A DNA stretch of 63,952 nucleotides, filler included, from Octopus bimaculoides (taxonomy: Eukaryota), in the NCBI RefSeq assembly GCF_001194135.2. It is 5 parts of 5 records of this genome, joined end to end, with 100 filler letters (N's around TTAATTAATTAA, not from the genome) between each part and the next. Parts side by side here need not be neighbours in the genome. Positions count along the whole stretch, not along the records: positions 38,653 to 60,096 come from NC_068984.1; positions 60,197 to 61,233 come from NW_026415000.1; positions 61,334 to 63,952 come from NC_068983.1; 2 more parts are not named here. One strand, 5' to 3'. Below, one piece after another: positions 52,310-63,952 of the stretch (the first letter of the stretch is position 1; each line of letters begins with the position of its first letter). A program made the translations under genes and the position numbers. Below the pieces are notes generated by a model that searched no databases, had not been told where the DNA came from, and worked only from the letters and a program-made list of their open reading frames with translations.

Positions 52310-52672
52310 GGAGGCGCAATGGCCCAGTGGTTAGGACACCGTCTTGCGGCCATAGGATCGAGGTTTCGATTTCCAGACCGGGCGTTGTGAGTGTTTATTG
52401 AGCGAAAACATCTAAAGCTTCACGAGGCTCCGGCAGGAGATGCTGGCGAACACTGCTGTACTCTTTCACCACAACTTTCTCTCTGTTTATGTTGTGCATG
52501 TAATTCAAAGGGTCAGCCTTATCACGCTGAATATTCCCGAGAACTACGTTAAGGGTAGACGTGTCTGTGGAGTGCTCAGCCACTTGCACGTTAATTTCAC
52601 GAGCAGGCTGTTCCGTTGATTGGATCAACTGGAACCTTCGACGTCGTAAGCGACTGAGTGCCAACAACAACA
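52310..52672 (+). mobile_element. Full-length SINE-B variant
   Basis: tRNA-like head ggaggcgcaatggcccagtggttagg...ggtttcgatttcc, a body different from 14367-14616, the shared 3' tail and a (CAA)n end. Confidence 0.9.
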
Positions 52673-53807
52673 TATGTATTATGTATGTATGTATGTATGT
52701 GTATAAAAAGTGATGAATATTTGCAGGGTTTATATTGGCCAATTTATATGGAAGGTGGATAAGTACAACTACTAGCTCATTTCTTCATATCATTTGCAAG
52801 AAGCATATGAAAACTAGATGATAATAGATTAATTACCCTTTAATATTTTAACCGGGCACATACTGTCCAAAAGTTTCTACGTGTTTCATGTTCAAACTGG
52901 TTAGATCTCAGCTCTCGATCCAAACATAAATGTTCACATCATTGAAATCTCAATGTTAATTGATATGTATGATATTTGACAGCGTAATATGAATGCTAAA
53001 GAGTGAAATAAAGACTCATTATCTCTATAAGTTGGAGCTGTTACTATTGCCGTGTCTGAAAGTAAGTTATTTCGGTCTTAAACGAAGGCAAACAGAAAAT
53101 TGTCATGTACTGAAATGATCAATTTTCAATCTACTTATCACTTTATTATCTTTAACGTTTTATTTTATTCTTCATTTTGTTCTATTATGGCTTATATTTT
53201 CTTCCTTATAATGTGACCCTTACATAGAAGAGAATTTTATAGCCAACCTGACATTTTTATTTTCATTTGTCTGTATTTTTTTATCAATGTAATTTGTATT
53301 TAGGTTGTATTTGTATCTTGATTGTCGCTGTAACTATAGTTTTAGTTTTGTCTATGAACTGCTGGAAATGGCAAACCACTCTGGATACATATTATCAAAT
53401 TGAAATTGCAAGAGGATCTAATGAACAACTTATTTAAGCAATCACCTTAGGAGGTGAATTCCAAAACTCGAATGTAATATAGTCATTGCACTACATCACA
53501 CCAATGTGCTACAGGTGTATGAATGAGTCGAAACTATTTAGAGATTTTAAATAAAGAAACTCGTGAATTCCATTTCCTTTAATTTGTAAATTTATATATA
53601 TATGTAGATGTATATGAGTGCTTGTGTGTCTGTTTGCCTCTCTCTCTCTCTTTTGTTCTCTCTCTCTCAATATATATATATATATATATATACATTGATG
53701 GATATATATATTAGAGGAAACTGGACAACAAAACCAATGCAGGATGAGTATCGCAGGTCATTTCGAATATTTAATTACAGTAAGTTAAATAAAAAAAATA
53801 GTAATTA

Positions 53808-53881
53808 CTGTCTTACAGCTGTTTCTGGGATATCGCAGGTGATGGGTTAACAATTCCATACAATGGGTACTCAAGGGACAA
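53808..53881 (-). ncRNA. Decayed hammerhead relic
   Basis: Minus strand TTGTCC-CTTGA...GAAAC-AGCT-GTA-AGACAG. Stem I TGTC/GACA is retained, the core is deleted and stem II is lost. Confidence 0.3.
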
Positions 53882-54030
53882 GGTGTGTATGTAGGAAAGT
53901 TCCGCAGAGAATTTACAATGCATGCACCCGTCTCTACATTTGTGCCATTTGTCACGCGATTCCACCCAGGAGAAGAAAGAATACAACGATCGTCCATGTC
54001 AAATTTATATAATATATATATATATATATA

Positions 54031-54449
54031 TATAACAATTAGAAAATGGAGGATAATATGCCGAACCCAACTACTTGCAGACAATGTATCCCGTTGAATT
54101 CATTAATTTAATTCGTAGCTAAAGTGACAAAAAAAGAAAGAAAAAAACAAAGCACATGTGTCCATGACAAACTATGTTATTTTGCCAGCCTGGTTTACAT
54201 ATAGAAGTACAAAGTACATAAGGAATTGTTCATTCTCCAATTCCTTATGTACTTTGTACTTCTATATGTAAACCAGGTTGGCAAAATAACATAGTTCGTC
54301 ATGGACACCTGTGCTTTGGTTTTTTTTTCTTTCTTTTTTCTTTCTTTTTTTGTCACTTTAGCTACGAATTAAATTAATGAATTCAATGGGATACATTGTC
54401 TGCAAGTAGTTGGGTTCCACATATTATCCTCCATTTTCTAATTGTTATA
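54031..54449. repeat. 419-bp near-perfect foldback (arms 54031-54228 and 54238-54449, 9-nt loop)
   Basis: Arms are reverse complements with about 5 substitutions and one indel in an A/T-rich tract. TA at both outer ends. Confidence 0.95.
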
Positions 54450-56554
54450 CAAATTTGGGGTAAAACCTCCACTTTTACCCGCTCCCATTGATTGCACTTG
54501 GTATAGCACTAGTGTAGCAATAATTGGGTACCCTCCCAGCAATATACTGGATAGATACTATCCCTTAGTGGGTTGAACCCTCAACCCCTAACTCTCTCGC
54601 ATTATAATATATATATATATCAGTAAATATGATTTATTTTATTTCGGCAAGTACAGCAGGCAACTCCGGACTCGTTTTAGTCTTACTTTGAATTACTTTC
54701 CAATGGAAATATAGAATTGTGCCATATTACCGAATTAGATGAGTGGGAATTTCTATACTAATTTTCTCTATTGTGTAGTGATTCCCATAGAAACCAGAAT
54801 TGCTTTTAGAGAAAAATATGTACAAAGAAATTCGCAGAGAAGTTACAAATAGGGCTTCATAAAGCTTAATATCTCGCGTGAGATATTAGCTCAGAACTGT
54901 TTTGTAAATGCTCTTGTAAAACTAATGTTAATTTCATGGATAATAAAAATTACACGTTATTTGTAATGGTAAATTACTAACCTGTATTAAAGTTCTTAAA
55001 AGGTATGTCTATGTACCGATAGTAAATTGCTATTAGATGAACTGCTTATCATTTGATGATCAGAATTCCTCGGCAACAATCAATTTTAATAGAATATGCT
55101 GAACGTTATCACATCTATTTAACATTTGTTGTTTTATCTCCTAATAATATCCATAGAGGGATTAAAAATCAGTGCAGAATCTTCCTTCTAATTATTGAGC
55201 ATTTTGGATAAAACAACCAGTTTCTTCAGTGAATCATACCGAAACACTTTTATCGAAAAAAATCAAAACGAATTCAATAATGTGGTTCAAAATACAATAT
55301 GGTGGAAGCGAACCAATTAAACAGAACATTCACGGTAGTTATGCCTTTGATCATAACCATAATTTGTTATGAGTGCCCTTGTACTAAGCTGTAACGATTG
55401 CAATCAAAAATATCTGCTACACTGGTGACAGCACGCATTGTTCAGTTAAAGGTAGGTAATTGCAAACGGTACCTCAAATCACACCATAGCCTTACATCTC
55501 AAATGACTTTCTACTGTAGACCTACTTAATAGAGCTAACTAAATAACAATGACGATGACGCCAACAAAGAAAAAAAAACAACAGCAGCAGTATTTTACCT
55601 GCTAATAACCAATAAAATCATATTTTGGTATGTCAGTAATCACATTACCGATGTTGCTCTGAATCTGATTTATGATATTCTTTTTTCTAAATGCACTGTG
55701 TTTATAGTATTACTATATGTGATCAAAATGATCTTATTGAAGATTAGTAATATCAGCAACAGTAGCTGCTGTGTCATTATGTATTTATTAATCATGGTTT
55801 CTACAGCATTTACTTTGAAAATAAAATACCAACCTGGAAAATAGACAACGGCATTCTTGTTAATGAGGCCAAATATTATGCATCACGTCATAGTGAATCC
55901 AATGCAAATTCTATTATTTGCTTGTCTGTTTGCTTTGTTTTTTTAAATTTTTAATCTCAGTCTGGTTTGGCTTTGCATTACACAACACAATAGACGCTAC
56001 GTTTCCGCAGTAGTATGTGATCGAAGGTCTACATAAGGAGGAAATCGCTGAAAACTAAAAGACGGAAAATAATAAAAGATTACCTAAGAAATACGAGGAT
56101 GAAAATTAATAGCGGTATAGGAAATATGATTAAACATGACAGAAATGTATAAAGAGAAAGAAGACATGATACAGCATTAAAGAAAGTCGTAAAAATATTA
56201 AAACAATAAATTTTAGAATGGTCGTTAATGTAGTTGTATTTTGTATTCCTTCTCAGAATAAAAGACATTGCTAATAAAACTATTAATGATTGTGGCTTCT
56301 TACATCATCACAAACACACTCTTTTATAATGACGTGGCGTCGGGGGATTGAGTCGATTAATTTGACCATGGTATATGTCTAACACTTGCTTCATAGAAAT
56401 TATTGAGATGAAAAATACATACTATCGACATAATATATTAAGATGGAACTAAATAAAGATAGCCACATAGCCCAACAAAATAAATGACGAGTGAATGACA
56501 GAAGACATACATACATATAATAATATACATACTCACACACACACATATCTATAT

Positions 56555-56600
<46 letters not shown>

Positions 56601-56719
56601 AGAGAGAAGAGAGAGATGGTGTGCTCTTTGTTGGAATGCCTTCGATCATCTTTCTATTCAGTTAATCTTGATTGCACAAAGACACTAGAACGGCCACAGA
56701 TTCTCTTAGTTTTTTTTAT

Positions 56720-57070
56720 CATGAGCAGAAGTAATGGGAGGGTATCATAGCCATGTGCTGAGAGGAATTCTTTAGGGTTTGAATAATTCACCTTTGGAAA
56801 CATGGGTGTTTTGCTCAACATCCTTAAACAAACCTTATTCATTGACTTTTTGAGCGTGATGGGCTACTCGACCTGAAGAAAATTCTAAATGGGCCCCACC
56901 TGCGAGGTTATGCGCTGTTTATCTTGATATGAGATCACCATGTCATGCACCTACGGTTGTGATGCATGTGCCTGTTGTACCCTTATCAGACGGGTAGTCA
57001 TGATGTGTATAATGGGCTTCGTATATTTTACCCCAGTTTCACTTTGATGGCATGCACTGCTCTCTCACTC

Positions 57071-57071
<1 letters not shown>
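56720..57071 (+). mobile_element. Element X, copy 3 (lacks the 5' ~200 bp)
   Basis: Starts catgagcagaagta, ends ctctctcactca followed by (AAT)n. Confidence 0.85.
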
Positions 57072-57226
<155 letters not shown>

Positions 57227-58727
57227 GATGATGAGGAATCGTCAGACGGCATCAAAGGGAATATTTAAAAAATGGAATGGAGTGCCCATTATAACTGTTA
57301 CAAAAGGTTTGCCTCCTTGGCACGGCCAGAATAATCAGGGAAGTATTAGATAGCTGAAATGAACGAATAGTATGGTACCGTAGGCTGCAGGTAGTTAGCA
57401 CGCTACGCAAGTAAGACTCCAAGAGATCCAAGAAAACCTGTGATAAAGAGAAAATAATAATATAAACATGATTTATGAAAGGTGTAGTCTTGGATTGATG
57501 GAGTTCAGTGCTTGGTTTCAGTTAGCTTATTGATATCAAGTTGATGAATGTTACAGTGAAATATAGTAGGATATGAACCTGAAGCATAAGACAGTATAAT
57601 TAAAATGTATTAATCATTTAAACATTTATACAGTTTCAACAACGACAGAAGAGTTATGATTGAAAAGTTCGATGGCAGAAATCATCTATGTCATGGGCAT
57701 TTCTTTCTGCTGTTGACTTCTTTGCAATTAGGACTACAACAGTTTTTTTTTCCTTTCATATATGGGAAGGCATTATTTGAAGGACGTCTGGATGTTGTTT
57801 TATCAGCAGACTAGAAATTGAATAATGAGTGTGATAGTTATCTCAAATGAAGTCGAGTAATCTGAATATTTATAATATCGAATCCTGAGAGAAATTTAGG
57901 TGCAGCATCCTCATTTTTAACATGTGATTAGAGGTCATTATTTTTTTGGGGGGGGGATTTTCACTTTCCTGTTTTTTTCCATCCTAATGTTATTCCCTTT
58001 TAGTCTCCATTTTCATGAGTGTTTTCTTAATTTTTTCATGACTGTAATATGAAATGTGTCATAGGTAACTACAATAAATTGCATAATTTTGTGTATACGC
58101 AAAAAACGTATTTACTTATGTATATGATTATGAATATATTAATCCTTCATTGATATTATTATTCATGAATGATGGTACATTTATATTACTTATTCTATTG
58201 ATATGAGAGTGTTAAAAGACTTGCTCTTTACGCATGGACGTGAGCCATCATACTCAGGAACATAAATAGACAGAAAAGCGTGTTAGCCGTTAAGTTCCTT
58301 GCCAAATTGAATACCCTTTTATGACCTAAAAGGGGGAAATTTAAATAGTGTATTTACTTACTAGAGAGTAAACATCCACAGTTAACCAGGAAGTCGTGCC
58401 GTAGATCATAATTCTGCATAACGAATATTCTATTATAACTTTTTTGTTTAGCATTTTCAATACGTATTTTTCTTCCCTTTATAACATTTCACAACATATC
58501 AACAGTATTCTCCCCTCTGCACAGTGTAATTACATGCATTTCTATCTCGTATTTATTTCTGCGTAAGGATGTTTAAATGACTATATTAAGTGTTGTTCTA
58601 TGTAAGTGTGATGACATTCCTGTTGGTTAAATAATGGATAGAGAGCACCCGAAGTTATTGTTATATGTATCCATGTTTGCAATAAATTGGGGCATATGAA
58701 TATCTGTGTATATTTACGCATGTGTAT

Positions 58728-58933
58728 CTAAGAACATATGTTCATTGTATGCACATATGTATATCTATTGTTTCCCCTTTGAATTGGAAATTCATGAATG
58801 TGTTTTCCTTCGACTTCTTGTCTAGTACTTCCACTTTCGTACATAGACCTGCCAATGTTAGGATATGAATGAACCCCAGTTGTTAGTGAAGTGCAAGTAG
58901 CATTTTCTGTTGTCAGTATATTGTTCCTTGCTC
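58728..58933 (-). CDS. Candidate coding exon, unknown product
   Basis: Strong acceptor tattttatcctttctttag|GA, then a 67-codon open frame ARNNILTTENATCTSLTTGVHSYPNIGRSMYESGSTRQEVEGKHIHEFPIQRGNNRYTYVHTMNICS*. No recognisable domain. Confidence 0.25.
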
Positions 58934-59149
58934 CTAAAGAAAGGATAAAATATTATCGATCCACGTACATTCACAGTATTAAAAACCACTCCTATTGAAC
59001 AATATCAAACATTTTACTGATGTATACGGTTGACGATAATTCATGTCTCCTTGATTGAAGATCAACTTGATGCATCGGTGAACAGTTAACGCCTTTGGAG
59101 AGCTTAGAGACTAAAGATGTAGTTAAGAAGGACTTAGCTGACAGGGAAA

Positions 59150-59756
59150 ACCGAAAGCCATCGGAATATTGGAAAAGCTTTACTTAATCGTGATGATCCA
59201 TGCCAAGTATCAACATGCTGACATCATCACTGCTACTCAAATCCCTGTGAACACCTAAGAGGCAGTAAAGATGTGACATGGACAGCTGCAACAGAGTCTA
59301 CGAAGCGGTGGCCAGTAGGAACCATGGTGGTCTTTGGGTGCGTCTCCAATAAGAGTGACATCATGCTGCCCTACCTATTTGAACAGGGCCTTAGGTTCAA
59401 TGCAGATGGCTACGTAAAACTGCTGGAGGCTGCTGTCAAACACTGACTGGAGAGGGTTGCTATTGGTGGTGGGGCATATATGTCGCAGAAAGATTTGGCT
59501 CCTTACTATCCCTCAAGAAAATTTCGGAGTTAGTTGTCGGAGAATTTCTACGACTTCACCAGCCCCATGCTTTACTACGTGTAAGGTGCGGTTGATAGAG
59601 ACAGTGGTTTTGCTCTGCCTGCAAAACGAATGCTGATCCGGTGGCCAAGACCAAGGAATATTCGTAGATTTTCTGAAGCACACAATAAGGAACACATGCA
59701 CCAGGTTACGGAGCCGTTTTGAGGCCGTGGCGGAAGCTGAGAGTGGCTATTTTGAG
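59150..59756 (+). mobile_element. Tc1/mariner (maT-like) transposase relic with internal deletions
   Basis: MVVFGCVSNKSDIMLPYLFEQGLRFNADGYVKLLE..LERVA..QKDLAP..LSENFYDFTSP|MLYYV..RSRFEAVAEAESGYFE. The WPPNSPD-type motif is deleted and an N-terminal piece is fused directly to the DDE region. Confidence 0.75.
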
Positions 59757-59764
59757 AGAGACGG

Positions 59765-59820
<56 letters not shown>

Positions 59821-59821
<1 letters not shown>

Positions 59822-60096
59822 TGTTTCTTTATTAGCCACACATGGCTCAACATAGAGGGGACAACATACAAAAGTAGAGTTTTTCTTTTCGAGGGGGGCG
59901 AAAACAAAGCAGAAAAAAAGACAAAAGTGGGGACAACGATGAAAAAAAAATACATCGCAAAACGTTTGGGGTATTTACAAAATATACGAAATAATACGGA
60001 AAATTCCCAATAAATGGGGAGGTTATCCGTGGAAAGAAAAACCTACGAAAAGACCACGGTAACCTCGGTCCTTAGTGTCACAGTTTGTTAAATAAA
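59821..60096 (-). mobile_element. Probable LINE (Tx1/L1-like) 3' UTR ending in (ATCT)n
   Basis: Minus strand T-rich UTR ending gtcccctctatgttgagccatgtgtggctAATAAAgaaacat, directly followed by the (GATA)n tract at 59765-59820. Confidence 0.45.
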
Positions 60097-60199
60097 NNNN
60101 NNNNNNNNNNNNNNNNNNNNNNNNNNNNNNNNNNNNNNNNTTAATTAATTAANNNNNNNNNNNNNNNNNNNNNNNNNNNNNNNNNNNNNNNNNNNNCAT

Positions 60200-60238
<39 letters not shown>

Positions 60239-61333
60239 TATATATACCCGTATATGTGTATGTTTGTGTATTGGCTAACATTTTGCTTTCAAAGAGTGAA
60301 AAAAAGTACTCAGTGCATAAAATAGAGTATGTCTCTTTAACAGAGTCTACGTTTCGTTAGAATCTGAAGCATTTTGAATCATAAATCTGAATTTCATTTA
60401 CCTCTTATTCAAAGAACTGAAGTAGAAAAATGGCGTAGTAATATATAAGCAAAATATTTTGCAAACACATTAAGTTATAATTAATTACCAAGATTTAATC
60501 GTTTGGCGAAAAAAATTATGTTACACTTTGGCTATTCAATTATCATGAGTAGAACATTCATTATTGTCATCTATTTGTTGCGAAAATGTTTGATGATTTT
60601 TATGTCTTCAGTATCTTGTGTATAAAATGCGCATAATTAAGGGAAGCGAATATTATTAATGAAGGTTTAGTTATAATGAATAAGTAACCACCACTTACCG
60701 TAAATTCGTTATTCAGGACATAAAGGGTTTTAGCCTGTTAGTAGTGGGAAACTCATCGATAAATTCTAATGGGGATTTCTGCAAGAATTCATAAATTTAG
60801 AACTTTTGCTTGATATATGTAAAAGAAGGCTATTATAGAATGTTAAATTGATCGGAGAAACAAGTATCACATCTTCTACAACCGTTAGTATGTATGCATG
60901 TGTGTGTGTGTGTGTGTGCGTAGCAAAATGTTCCACTGAAAAATGACGAAGGAAGAACCGGAAAACTGTAAAAGCACGTCCCTTATCAGTTATCGGCCAA
61001 AAATCCTCACAATTTCGACTCTTTCTTGATAATATTTTGGCGACGTCAACAAAAAAAAAATGCTGCTTGGGTCTAAGTGATCGGACACGAAGGACAAAAT
61101 GAAAGAAAAGCAAAAAAAGATGGTGTCTGTTGACCAAAAGGTAAAATACATTTAAAAAAAATGAAAAGGTAAGGATGGTAACGAAAACACAAGCAAATGA
61201 TAAACGACACAGATATTAATTCATATATATATANNNNNNNNNNNNNNNNNNNNNNNNNNNNNNNNNNNNNNNNNNNNTTAATTAATTAANNNNNNNNNNN
61301 NNNNNNNNNNNNNNNNNNNNNNNNNNNNNNNNN

Positions 61334-61386
<53 letters not shown>

Positions 61387-61899
61387 GTAAAAGAAAGACA
61401 GAAGATGGGATATACGAGTATTTTTATTATCAATCACAATTATTTTGTCACATCTAGCATCGATCCCTCACGGGTGCTTGTTCAGGAGCATCCCGCGGTT
61501 CAATTGAATCTCATTGGGTAATAAATAGATATAACTCGTTAGAATAACAGTTCCATAATGTAGCTTCTCTTTTCGTAAAAAGAAAAACAGCAAACCGAAG
61601 AAAATAAAATCACAGATACAAAAAAAAAAAAAAAAAAAATACAACGCGCAATTCAGCGAGAAAGGTCTTAAATATAACCATTAACATATCTAGGTCCATT
61701 GTGTGTTCATTTCTTTTTTGCATCCGTGGTTTTGTTTTTGATCTTCTATATAAATGAATATATTTCTTTCGTCTTGCTGCTTTTCATTCTACAAAATGCG
61801 AAGTTTGCGGAGGTGTTATTTGAACGACTTGTATCTACTTATCACCCGGTAAGATACATCTGCACCGCCGAATGCTCCTCAACGAATAGTTAAGTGCCC

Positions 61900-61937
61900 C
61901 ACCTGTGAGGGATAAATGTGTCGAAACAATTGTCGTG
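61900..61937 (+). ncRNA. Type I hammerhead motif with a one-base core deletion
   Basis: CAC-CTGTGA-GGGATAAATGTGTC-GAAAC-AATT-GTC-GTG. ACAATTGT palindrome, GUC triplet, 3-bp stem I, AATAAA just downstream. Confidence 0.45.
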
Positions 61938-62803
61938 ATTAATAATAAAAATTCTCGTATATTCCCTCTTCGGAATTTCAATGTGAAAGTGACCGTACCC
62001 TACCAGTAAGCTATCAGGTGTAAACCATTCGCTTCAAATATATCTATATACATACATAGATACATATATATATCACGTACCTGTGATCTCCTATATCCCA
62101 AAATTAGACAAAAACCAAAACTTGCAATTGTGTCTTCCAGTGCAGAATCTGAGCTTGCGGAATTTGCCTGTATCCAATACAATTACATCAGCCTACAACT
62201 AAATTCTCTTTCATCCCAGGATGGTCTGTCCATCACTTCCCTCGTTCTAAGTCTTCCAAGTGTGAAAAGATGGAGATCTTATGATTTGCGTCAATCTTCT
62301 CTTTCTAAACTCTTCATTTTAATCTTTGATTTTTATCAAAGTTGCTTATTAATTCCATTTTTGTTTTATGCATTTGATTTATTTCTGTTTTCTATCTTGA
62401 TATTTCAATTTATATTATTCTTATCCGATTTATATCCCATCCCATCTCTATTCCTTTTTAACTTTATATCTATTTATTCCCATGTTAATATCGCTATTCC
62501 GAATTCTGCCGAATCTCACGCGTCAGCATTAAAAATTTTCGATCGACACTGTTAGTGTACATGTTTTCATTTATGTGCGTTTACTACGGTATTAGAGCTT
62601 TTAGCACTTATTTCTAGCAACCTCGGTGTTTCTTAACACCCTAGTCACAATTAGTGACATTTGTAGTTCTCATTTTTAGCGATACATTGCAAACAGCTGC
62701 TTATATTAATTTTATACACGCACACACAGATGTGTGTGAGTGTATGTGAGTATATATATATAAATGAAAACATATAATTATAAAATCATGTATATATAAT
62801 TAT

Positions 62804-62840
<37 letters not shown>

Positions 62841-62841
<1 letters not shown>

Positions 62842-62910
62842 CCCTTCATATACGTTTCTGGTTATTCAGGCGTATTCGATTGCGTAGTATGTGATGCTTC
62901 CATCAGAGGA
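62841..62910 (-). ncRNA. Decayed hammerhead relic
   Basis: Minus strand TCCT-CTGATGG-(~40 nt)-GAAACGTATATGAAGG. Stem III could be a CpG-decayed ACGTACGT. Confidence 0.25.
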
Positions 62911-63244
62911 TATACACCACATGCGTACACGTGTTTTTAGCTGTAGTTTTACCCGATATTTAGATATCGTCTGGATATCATTAAATCTCTCAAGAAATTA
63001 GATCTACACATACTGAATTTATGTATTTTGAACATTTAAAAAACTGTATTGTAATTTATTCAATTCTTTTGAGACACACCCTGATTATGTAGATACAAAA
63101 ATGAAATCAAAAGGAAAATCTGTTAACAATTAGCTCATCCTTTTTCTTCTCAATGTTAATGAAATATTTTAGACGTTAAATGATTATTGACTTACAATTA
63201 TGAACTGCTCCTCATAGCACTCTTTACATGCTTACTCCCCCGTA

Positions 63245-63336
<92 letters not shown>

Positions 63337-63725
63337 GTGTGTGTGTATATGTGTATGTGTGTACATAGAGAGAGAAAGAGAGAGGAAGGGGAAGAGAGTA
63401 ATGCTTGCATATTTATGCACCTACACACTCTGTATATTAATAGATCTCTATCGAAATCTGTCATTCTTTGTTTCTCTCTCTCTCACTATCTCTCTCTACT
63501 TCTATGTATATGTCCATATATATATGTTTGTTGGATTAGAATACTACTTAGTGTTTCATATAAAAATGGATCTTTACAATTAGTAAAGAGTTCTCCGCTC
63601 GCATATGATTAAGAAATTAAATAATGCATGGTGAACGCAGTTTCTTGCAAGACATTCAGGGCCAATACAAAGGAGACAATAATCAAAATATTTGCATCAG
63701 TTGTCTCCCGTGATCTGTCTACTGT

Positions 63726-63866
63726 TCATTTGGAAATCTCATACAGTCTGAAGTAAGTTCGTGTAGTCTCATCAAAAATGGAGGCAAATACCATCACTCC
63801 CAAATTGTACGCTTCAACAGTTGTAATGATCTCTCTTTTCAGGAAATCCTCTGTAACCTTGTTAAC
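63726..63866 (-). CDS. Terminal coding exon of an unidentified host gene (rest lies beyond the window end)
   Basis: Acceptor ttatttccag|G, phase 0, VNKVTEDFLKREIITTVEAYNLGVMVFASIFDETTRTYFRLYEISK* (141 nt). Protein-like composition in non-repetitive sequence. Confidence 0.65.
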   Translation of the reverse strand, partial: VNKVTEDFLKREIITTVEAYNLGVMVFASIFDETTRTYFRLYEISK

Positions 63867-63952
63867 CTGGAAATAAACACCTAACAATGTCGTGTGGGGC
63901 GTTCATTCTAATCGTTCAATATAAGCGTATATATATATATATATATATATAT

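Noticed and set aside
61797-62555. Possible plus-strand two-exon ORF (donor at ~61848, acceptor at ~62140)
   Set aside because: The joined peptide runs into T-rich low-complexity sequence with no domain. It is more likely the antisense of the neighbouring gene's downstream region.

Overview
This is AT-rich eukaryotic DNA with roughly 15% N gaps and very dense microsatellites. The SINE families, Dong/R4, Penelope and mariner/Tc1 content strongly suggest an octopus genome; this is inferred from recognition and not verified. Most of the window is intergenic or intronic. The only well-supported host coding piece is a minus-strand terminal exon at 63726-63866 (46 aa plus stop, unknown product). 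Nearly all ORF-track entries are microsatellite or gap artefacts. No CRISPR, rRNA or genuine tRNA gene was seen. Main observations: (1) a dispersed set of type I hammerhead-ribozyme motifs of the Penelope-associated, dimer-type architecture (GAAAC-palindrome-GTH), in which the palindrome sequence varies but self-complementarity is kept. The best copy is at 4355-4442, a same-strand pair lies at 30066-30307, and a Penelope GIY-YIG relic lies at 37.1-37.45 kb. (2) A (TAA)n-centred set of elements: Dong/R4 copies and an unidentified ~556-bp non-coding element (3 copies) sit in TAA tracts, some of which are SINE 3' tails. (3) A young ~113-bp, 3'-truncated SINE head found twice at the same site of an older SINE family, once with a 14-bp target-site duplication. 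(4) Near-perfect long hairpins of 419 bp and 131 bp.
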